Part shown: one piece after another, positions 56,701 to 64,000 of the stretch | Position numbering within the stretch: position 1 is the first letter of the stretch | How the letters are laid out: every line of letters begins with the position of its first letter | Assembly: GCA_036172245.1 (NCBI GenBank) | Contig: JAYWIR010000008.1 | Location: forward strand, 2,356,001-2,420,000 | Direction: 5' to 3' | Source of the DNA: Raillietiella orientalis | Lineage: Eukaryota | DNA length: 64,000 bases | Notes under the pieces: model-generated | Seen by the model: the letters and a program-made list of their open reading frames with translations, nothing else | Database searches by the model: none | What the model was told of the DNA's origin: nothing | Translations under genes and position numbers: made by a program

Positions 56701-59700
56701 AAATCCCGAGAACTAGCGCCTCCTCCTCCTGTTCCCCCCGTCGTTCCCTTGGAAACGGAATTCCCACGTGAACGAGCGCTAAGACCCTGGGTGTGGGAAG
56801 AGCGCCGCGGTGGCGCCGACGGCAGCCCTTTCTATCGGAAGATCTGCTTCTCGCCCTCCGGGACACGCAGACCGCCGTGACGCCACCTCTCGACTAGGGA
56901 AGGGCGCTGCCCGCCCGGAACGGCCCTCCGAGCCCGGACTTGCAAGGATGGGAGGGGGCGTCCGCTGCGGCGGCGGCTCTCCTGACAACCCGGAACCCAA
57001 CGCACGGAAGGAGGGAGGCACCTGAGGATGCAAGGGCGCGTGAGGAGGTGAAGAGCTTGGGGGCCGAGATCGGGAGAGGAGAAGGAGAAGCCTACCCCGT
57101 CTACCGCCCGGCCTCTCTCAAAGGCGGTCCATCGACGCTCTGAAACGAGGGGAAAACTCGGATCTCCCGTTGAGGCCCCACGCCCATGTGGGGAGCAAAG
57201 GAACGAAAGGAAGGACTGAAGGAGACTGGGAGCTCTCCCTACCCCAGTCCCAAGGGGCCCCGGTTTCCCACCTTCCGCACCGCCCTCGGGAGAAGCGAAG
57301 ACTTCAGAGAACGGGAAGGGGAGGAAGGAAGGAGAGAACGGCTTCCTGCAGGAAGGTCCAAGATGCTTTGAGGGGCGCCGCTCGTGAGTTGCTGGAACCC
57401 ACTCCATCGGGTACCGCCGCAACGCAGGAGAACCCTGCGGCATTTCCTTCGGGAAAGAAGGCGCGCGCCAAAAACGCTGTTAGCGCGCTCACCTCTTTTA
57501 TTTTTTTTCACCTCGCCGGGGCGCGACGGATCGAAATCCCCGGCAAGAGATGGCGCTGGAGGAGGCGGAAGGGGGGGGGGGAGACGTCGGTCCGAGGAAA
57601 GATAGGGGAAGAGTCCCGAAGGTCGGCAGCAGCTCTGCGACGTGCGTGACGGAGACGAGTCGGACCTTCGGCGTCTGGAGGGCACCCCGGGGGCACACGC
57701 AGCGGCGGAAACCACCAGCCGAGGACAGGCCAGTCGGACGGCGCGGCAAGACAGAGGGAGAGGAATCGTCCTCGGGGAGGGGAGGGGGGATTCCCATAAC
57801 GACCCGGACGCGACCACGGGAAGACGGACGCGAAGGACACCCGGAACTCCGTGCTCGCACATCGGCGGGGCCTCAGGAGAAGGCAGCGGCGAGTCCCACC
57901 TTCCGACTGACCTCTGAAGCGGACGGATCAACGGGCAAGCAGGGGATGGAGCCCGAGGAATTGCGGGATCACCCCGGTCGAGGCCCGTCGTTCGAGTCGC
58001 CGCCGCTGCCCCGGGGATTGGGAGGAATTTTGCTCTGCCTGGGGGCACGACGAGCGAGTTGCACCGCCAGTGCGGCACGTGCGGGCGCGCTAGGAGCCCC
58101 CCCTCCCCCTCCCGCGCCACCCGCTCCGCCTCGCCCGGTCCAGCCTTCAAGACGGGAAGCGCAGAAGCGGAAGCCGCCCGGGGCCGGAGGTCACTGAAAA
58201 GCGGAGACGGGGGAAGGGGAACCCTTCAGTCACTCGGGACGTGCGGGGCTGGTCCCAACGCCGAAACGACCCGGAGCCATCCTGCGTTACGTCACCCGCT
58301 AGACCTGCGAGAGAGAGGCCGGCGGCACCTGCGGCAGCGTGCGTGACCACCTTTCACGAAGGACGCGGTTCCCAGGTCGGAGATGCGAGTGCAGTGCGTG
58401 AGTCCTTCGGAAGACGCCTTCAGGCCACGGCGCGTGGTGACCCGAATCAGTAGAGAATGACCCTTCGGGTCGAAGGAGGGACGAGACGAGAAAGAGGGGA
58501 AGGAACGGGGAGTCCTGGATTCGGGGCGCCCCCTCCTGCTCGCGCTCACGAGAAGAAGCGCCGCGCCTGTCGGAGGGGGGTCCAAGGAAAACAGGGGGCA
58601 AGGGAGCACTGCAAGAGCAGCTGCTAGCGGGGCGCCCCGAAAGGCCGCAAAGGGCGTGTCCACGGAGAGGCGAACGAGAAGGCACGGGGGCAAGCTCCAC
58701 AGAGAAGAGGAAAGACACCGCCTTGAAAGAGGACGTCCCGAGGACACGAGCGCCACCTGCCTCTCTCGGTGTCCGGAGAAAAAATCTTCGGGAAGCCGGA
58801 CGCGCCACGGCGCGCGTTTGGAGAGGTTGCTCTTGGAAAATGCAGCATCCAAGGCGTGCTCGCTACAGGGAATTCGGGCCAAAAGCGAGGGGAAAGTGTC
58901 CGGAAGTCGGATTCGCGCAGTGTTCCTTCAAACAGGAATCGAGCTCCGCGCCACATCCCAAACCCCTTGGACCAATCGGTCACGCTCTCGCCCGCCTCAT
59001 GGAAAGTAAAAAGAGAGAAAGAGAGAGAGAGGGAGAGAATCGAATCAAGAAGTTGCGATTTCAATATTCTGATGCAACCCGAGATGCCCCGTTCGTTTCC
59101 TAAAGATGCGCGCGCCCTGCCGTTGCGTAACGGGAACGCCCAAGGCTCGCCCACTCGCTGCTGTTCGAATGAATTTGATGCTCATTTTCCAACGATAGCG
59201 TCTTTGTTCGCAGTGAAAAAGAGGTCCGCTGGCTCTTATAAAAGGAACCAACTAACCATTGGCATCCCTGTGAGGAGCCTTCGACCAAGGTTTCGAATTC
59301 TCCCTGACGTTCCACGCTATTTCTGACTGCATGTTTTTCATCCCTCCGATTTATCATAGCAAAGATTTAAGACTAAGGGATATGTGCATTCCTTCCTTCC
59401 CCCCCCCCTTCCCCCCCGAACCTTTTAAAATCAATAATAACGTCATTATTTATTTTTTCGCAAACGAAATTTTTGTTTGCCCAAAAATCAATCTTTGTCT
59501 TTGGCAACCCTGTCGATTATCCCAACAATGCATCAGCGATAATTCCGGTGCGAGCGCCGGAAACTGCAGGCGTTTCCGACCGTGGTTACGCGCGTGTGCG
59601 TGCACACGTGCACCGTCCATGCGCGGAAGGGCACCCCCACGTACGTGCGCGTGTACATTCACCCGCGACACGCGCGCGTTCGTACGCGTACATGCCGATG

Positions 59701-60242
59701 CATCTGCGATTGCCGCGAAAGGTGCGCACAAGGTCGCATGCGCAGATCGCGCGCGCAAGCGACGTGCCCGTGCACACATGCGTTCGCAGCAACAAAAGAA
59801 ACGGCACGCGAAAGGACGCGCGGCTCCCCACCCATTGTTGGAACGGCGCGGCACGGCAATCCGCTCTGAGACATACCGGGCGGAAAAAAGGTGCATCTTT
59901 CGGATGGCTACGGCAAAGCCTTCTTTCTTTTCTCTTCTTTCCTTTTTTTTTTTGTTGTTGCTCGCGCGCCAAAGTCAGAGCCGGAAAAAAAAAAAAAAAA
60001 AACATTCCTCAACGCATCGTCCTCGTGGCGCCACTCAAACGTCTTCGAAGCCAACGCACATCAAAGTCAAGTTCTGCACGCAATGCAAGCTTACCTGCAA
60101 AAACGCAACCGTATATTTCAACGCGCATGCAAACAGTCCTCGGATAAATGCTGTAGGGAACGAATCTTATTTTATCACATATGATTATAGGATCTAAAGA
60201 CTGCTTGGCTGTCAAGTATGTGTTGGAGTTTCCCACTAAAAT
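35608..60242 (-). CDS. Ddr: Discoidin domain receptor tyrosine kinase (DDR2-like), 5'-partial, 15 exons in window
   Basis: Exons: 60242-60095, 55030-54848, 54774-54647, 54578-54371, 47172-47056, 46964-46771, 46631-46436, 46301-46033, 45872-45684, 45609-45521, 45008-44832, 44747-44655, 37814-37676, 36019-35870, 35781-35608. All introns GT..AG with matching phases, total 2454 nt. Discoidin end ([12 protein letters not shown]), DS-like domain ([11 protein letters not shown]), TM helix, kinase motifs [54 protein letters not shown]. Confidence 0.95.
35870..36019 (-). CDS. Ddr: DDR exon: kinase subdomains IX-X
   Basis: [28 protein letters not shown]...HNTDSQ|gttggc. Confidence 0.95.
37676..37814 (-). 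CDS. Ddr: DDR exon: activation loop
   Basis: [46 protein letters not shown]|gtaatt. Confidence 0.97.
38620..39250 (+). mobile_element. Decayed RTE-type LINE endonuclease relic
   Basis: [19 protein letters not shown] (cf. IIQVYAPT...EEFY), then [11 protein letters not shown]...DF...PRRW (cf. LVEFC.EN.L...TFF....R.YTW) after a frameshift. Confidence 0.4.
40780..42250 (-). pseudogene. Processed, decayed formin-like (FMNL/Frl) pseudogene covering FH2 and the C-terminal region, nested in a DDR intron
   Basis: Colinear fragments across stops and frameshifts: [111 protein letters not shown] and [20 protein letters not shown]. These match arthropod FMNL/Frl ([60 protein letters not shown]). Confidence 0.8.
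43190..44040 (+). mobile_element. Decayed LINE endonuclease-end/linker relic
   Basis: SHCHPI (cf. SDH.PI), YWHLPRPPW (cf. RWNL.KADW), PTPWS (cf. PVPWW), RRRSW; C/A-rich strand typical of such LINEs. Confidence 0.35.
44655..44747 (-). CDS. Ddr: DDR exon: catalytic loop
   Basis: [32 protein letters not shown]|gttagt. Confidence 0.97.
44832..45008 (-). CDS. Ddr: DDR exon: kinase subdomains III-V
   Basis: [18 protein letters not shown]...[16 protein letters not shown]; donor GTGAGC. Confidence 0.95.
45521..45609 (-). CDS. Ddr: DDR exon: kinase subdomain II
   Basis: [31 protein letters not shown]|gtaagc. Confidence 0.88.
45684..45872 (-). CDS. Ddr: DDR exon: kinase subdomain I
   Basis: ...[22 protein letters not shown]|gtaggt. 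Confidence 0.88.
46033..46301 (-). CDS. Ddr: DDR exon: juxtamembrane (acidic tract)
   Basis: [12 protein letters not shown]...[13 protein letters not shown]...FTLTK|gtgcgt; phase 1-0. Confidence 0.8.
46436..46631 (-). CDS. Ddr: DDR exon: juxtamembrane (His-rich)
   Basis: [12 protein letters not shown]...IYEDPF...[16 protein letters not shown]|gtcagt. Confidence 0.85.
46771..46964 (-). CDS. Ddr: DDR exon: transmembrane helix
   Basis: [25 protein letters not shown] followed by the basic stop-transfer RNRRRK. Confidence 0.92.
47056..47172 (-). CDS. Ddr: DDR exon: extracellular stalk
   Basis: ttcag|[15 protein letters not shown]...[10 protein letters not shown]|gtgagt; phase 1-1. Confidence 0.75.
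47430..47549 (+). repeat. Block A, direct repeat of 50661-50780
   Basis: 120 bp, 7 mismatches by manual alignment. Confidence 0.95.
49451..49516 (+). repeat. Block C, direct repeat of 51297-51360
   Basis: tttcgagagggtgcgc(gc)ggtgtgcaacaaggaatgggYgtgtgccac...cacggctc. Confidence 0.9.
49582..49720 (+). repeat. Block B, direct repeat of 50797-50933
   Basis: Starts with identical aggcaaccttgatcaaataagggagtgcaaatagggatga, then diverges gradually. Confidence 0.9.
50661..51360 (+). repeat. Second copies A'(50661-50780), B'(50797-50933), C'(51297-51360)
   Basis: Same three blocks as above in a different order and spacing. Confidence 0.9.
54371..54578 (-). CDS. Ddr: DDR exon: DS-like domain 3
   Basis: [13 protein letters not shown]...[39 protein letters not shown]|gtaggt. 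Confidence 0.95.
54647..54774 (-). CDS. Ddr: DDR exon: DS-like domain 2
   Basis: EWMGW...[29 protein letters not shown]|gtgagt. Confidence 0.93.
54848..55030 (-). CDS. Ddr: DDR exon: DS-like domain 1
   Basis: [10 protein letters not shown]...LEDASYDG...GGLGRLADG; donor GTGAGC. Confidence 0.93.
60095..60242 (-). CDS. Ddr: DDR exon: discoidin domain C-part
   Basis: tccag|[50 protein letters not shown]|gtaagc. Confidence 0.95.
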
Positions 60243-60319
60243 CTGGAAGGAGCCAAAAAAAAAAAAAAAAAAAAAGGCATCAGTATTTCATTTGAAATCA
60301 GTTCAGACATGGCTGCAAA

Positions 60320-60385
60320 AACACACACACACATACATACACACATACACACATACACACACACACACAGGCGCACACGCACGTG
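60320..60385. repeat. Imperfect (CA)n microsatellite
   Basis: acacacacacacatacatacacacatacacacatacacacacacacac... Confidence 0.9.
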
Positions 60386-60767
60386 CAAAGACACGTGGAA
60401 GCCAAAGAGGTAAACAAGGCTTCAAGGAACGGTTAATGTCAAAATAAGAACCTTTTTTTTTTTTTTTTCTTTCCTTTTTTGATACACAACACTTCACTCT
60501 ACAGGAACTGGCAAAGTCACGAAGTGAAGTTTCCTGAAGACGAGAGCGCTGGGGCAAAGGTTTCGGCAACCATCTCCGCAAGATGAGGGTTACTCCTGGA
60601 AACCGTACCTGCTGACGAAAAATTCGATCTTCGGCAGCACATTCGGTAGTCGTGCCGATAATGGGGGATATCACAAAAGAATTTGTCGTTCGCAACTTAA
60701 ATTTGCTGCAAGAACGAGGATCTATATTTTATTCGAGAACGCTTTCATCTTTTTAGGAGAAACTCGA

Positions 60768-60798
<31 letters not shown>

Positions 60799-63700
60799 GA
60801 CACTGAAGAACAGATATCTGAGTAACCGACCGGGAAGCAGCAACCGGGATGAAAGCGCAGGATGGGATTCGTAAAGTGCAGGATACAGAAACGATGAAGC
60901 AGATAACAGACGAAAGATGAGAAAACTATGTTGCTATTCGCGATGATCACACACAGAGCCTTCTGCTGAAGTAAAACAGAAACACCAAATGCAGTAAAAG
61001 GGCCATCGAGACGGCTGTCACAACGCTGTCGAATTCCAAGCCGACTCGCTCCACGCGATCCGTAAACCCAGCATAAGTGTCCTTCGATGCAGGAAGACGC
61101 AGCTTCCTCAACTTTGTGTTTTACGGGAATCTCCCTTCCGCGCTTTTTCATGCTAAGCTTTTGGAATTCCTTTTCGTCCCCGAATCTATCAAATCTTCCT
61201 CTCGCTTCAAATCGATGCTCGGGACTCGCAGAGCCCGCATTCCTCTTTTGAAGAGAGCCAAAATTCATTCATTCACGAGCTCCAAGAAGAATGTCCAGAA
61301 TGAGTACTTTGTGAACTTTGGCAATTTGGTGGAGGAATAGCTGCTGTGCCCTCCAATCCCTACTCGAAATATTTTTGGAATTTCTGGTTCGCCATATTGT
61401 TTTCTCTCTCCCTTCAAAAGTGTACAAACACTGTTCAGATAATTGACTCCTTCAATGGCATTTCAGCCTCTCGTCTCGAATGCTCGAGCCCCCCCCCCCA
61501 TTTGTTTGGTTTCGCGTATGAGAGAGACGGAGTATTTCGATTCCTCATCGGCCGCTGTGCGATACGAAACGATTCAGGGGAGCCACGTGCGTTTACCGCT
61601 GACTTCGCTTTCAATTTACAGAAGGAAGATTTAGACCAATTTCAGGACTGATTTGTAAGTTATCTGAAGTGGAAAGGCACGTTCAAAAAAAAAAAAGAAA
61701 GAAAGAAAGAAAAAACACTGGAGGATTTATAAACAAGCAACCGAGTGAACAAAAATATGGAAAGGAAGAATGATTGCAGCATATGTCCTGATTAAAAATA
61801 GATCGGCAGCCATTTTGGACGGTTCTTGCTTGCTGATTCTTCCCTGCTCCGTTTCCGATGGAACGATCAAAAGCCACCATTTTCCCTGGAGCAGCGTGTC
61901 AGAAAGTGTTCGGGAAGCACCAGGCAACGGCTGTTTCGCCGGGGAACCTTTCTGACGGGAACCCAGATCCGCGCAAAGGCGAAAAAGGAACCGGAAAGCA
62001 CGTGCTCCGGAGGTGGCTCCCAGGACCAGGTAAGCTGCAGCTCGGAAAACCAACAAGCAATTAGGATCGGGTCGGAATTGGGATCGATTTCCCAGGAACC
62101 CCAAAACACGCCGTGCGATTAGATATGATGGATTCAGAGCATCGCCCGGGAGGAACATTCCGAATCAGATGGTGAAAAGGAAAAGTGGAAAAAATTATCC
62201 ACATGAGGGAAGCGTCCTAACAGTAATTGCGTGAAATTGGAAAGTGCTTCAAAAAAATTAAGCTCCCCCCCCCCACCTCTCCCTCCTTCTTTTGTGGGGT
62301 GCACAGAAGATGGGAAAAAGATACGCGCGCTCACAGGAAGGAGTGACGGGTTTATGTTCCAAATCGGAACGCTAATAAAGCAACACGTAATGTGTTCCAC
62401 GTGTGTTTTGAATCACTGATTGGAGCAAATGCACTCGCCGCTTACTCACCGCCCAGCGCTGGGCTGAGGATTTCAGTTCAAAGCTTCTTCTTTTTTTTCC
62501 TTTTTTATCTTTTTTTTTTTTGTATTTTTATGATTTCCATTTATCATGCTCTTGAAAATTATGCTTCTCGCCCAGAATGGGAAAAGATGCTTTCAAAGCA
62601 AGCAGAAATACGATTAAATGGAACATGCACGAGCTATGAAAAGGAAGTGCACAGGGAAAAAAAAAAAAAATTGTGGCTATTTCTGTTTGGCTGCAAAGAA
62701 CGGAAACGCAGGAAACGGACATTTTTTATTTCCTTTTTTTTTAAATGGGCACGGTAAATGAATTGTAAAAATAACCTTTAGGATTGTCGATCGTGCTACC
62801 TGCAGTCAGCAGCCAGTCACTTATGAACACAGAAAGATTCATCGCATTCAAGTACGCCAGTTAACAGTGATTTCGTTCCCCCTCCACCCCCTCACCCCCT
62901 TTTCCCTACGGAGGTGATGGCAGACTTGCTGGCAAGTCCTTGCGCAGGACGAAGTGGTTGTGGGTCTCGGACAAAGGCTCCTTCCGTGGAGATTGGTTTG
63001 CCGATGCCTGGCCACGCCACGCATCCCCCCCCCCCCCCAGCTCTTTTTTTTTTTTTCCTTCTTTTCCTGCAACTACGCAGGAACCTAAGGACCGGCAGAG
63101 TCAAGAGACGCAGATGCCAGTGACACTCGGAAACACGTCCCCGCCTGTGCTCTGTAAACGATTCAAGTAAGGATACACACAGCTTCATCGATGTTTCGCA
63201 GCTCGAACACACTTATGTATTTGCTGGCACGCACGTGATATACGGGATTTACGTGTGAGCAAGGGGAAAAAAAAAGATGACGCTTCCAGCATCCAGTCCG
63301 GAGGCAAGCCGATACCTCGGGCTCAGCCGCCACGCTGGCGATCGGCGCGCCGCTGGGAAACCACGGTCGCTCCCTTCCCGAGATGGGAGATCGAAATGTG
63401 TGAATCAGCCGAGAAGGAACAAAAAAAAAAATTAGGCTTCGGGACATCGATGCGGACCGATGCGGTTGCCGTGATAGGGCGGGCGTTCGAGGGGCAGGGG
63501 AGCCCGGGAAAGGGAGGCGGGGGGGAGGGGGACCTACGGAAAGCCAGCCGCGTCCCTTCGAAGGGGTCGTGTTTTCCTGACAAGGTGCAGACGAGTGAGA
63601 CTTCCGGGGAGATAGGGAGGAGTTCTGGGAGACAGAAAAGACTGCTCGCGGCGGCGGCGGCGGCGCGCGCGCTCGAAGGCGACGATGGGGGAGATCTTTG

Positions 63701-64000
63701 AACTGCTTCGCGTGCCTGCAACGCGACACGCGAGGTGCGCGCCCTCGTGCGAACCGACGGCGGAGGGAGGAGGACGCTTCCTCGCTTGGTGGGTCTGCCA
63801 CATGCAGCTCCCGCCCGCTCGCTCGCTCCTGCGCGGACGAAATGACCGCACAGAATGAATAAATAAATAAATGAGCGGAAAAGCTGGAGGGAGCCGCAGT
63901 CCACGACCCTTTCAAGCCGAGGGGAAGCCACAGCAGTCCTTCAAAAGGAAAATTTCGAAAGAGCGTACGAGTGACCTCCGATGGCACCTAAGAGGAAGGG

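Noticed and set aside
58860..59300. EnSpm-like fragment (FPKDARAL)
   Set aside because: Single short motif.
60300..64000. Upstream DDR exons (signal peptide, GGAWCP, TQGR motifs) and a possible gypsy integrase GPF motif near 61000
   Set aside because: No discoidin motifs found, so the 5' exons lie outside the window; the integrase resemblance is too weak.

Overview
Eukaryotic, intron-rich arthropod-type genomic DNA (organism not assignable from sequence); almost all ORFs in the supplied track are GC-rich shadows. Manual splicing gives two minus-strand genes whose exon phases all join. (1) A complete Par-3/bazooka-family polarity gene: 23 coding exons, 22370..3487, about 1238 aa, with CR1, three PDZ domains, the aPKC-binding CR3 and C-terminal motifs. 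(2) A discoidin-domain receptor tyrosine kinase (DDR): 15 exons, 60242..35608, with its 5' exons outside the window. The 3' end of an unidentified plus-strand gene (1..224) converges on Par-3. Introns and the intergenic region contain heavily decayed LINE, hAT and SINE-like relics. Most notable: an intronless, frameshifted formin (FMNL/Frl) pseudogene inside a DDR kinase-domain intron; a sharp AT-rich, CpG-depleted trough over Par-3 exons 2-15; a candidate alternative terminal exon where that trough ends; atypical kinase motifs in the DDR; and a shuffled three-block duplication in a DDR intron. I found no clear evidence of a wholly new biological system. All homology calls come from remembered family motifs, not database searches.
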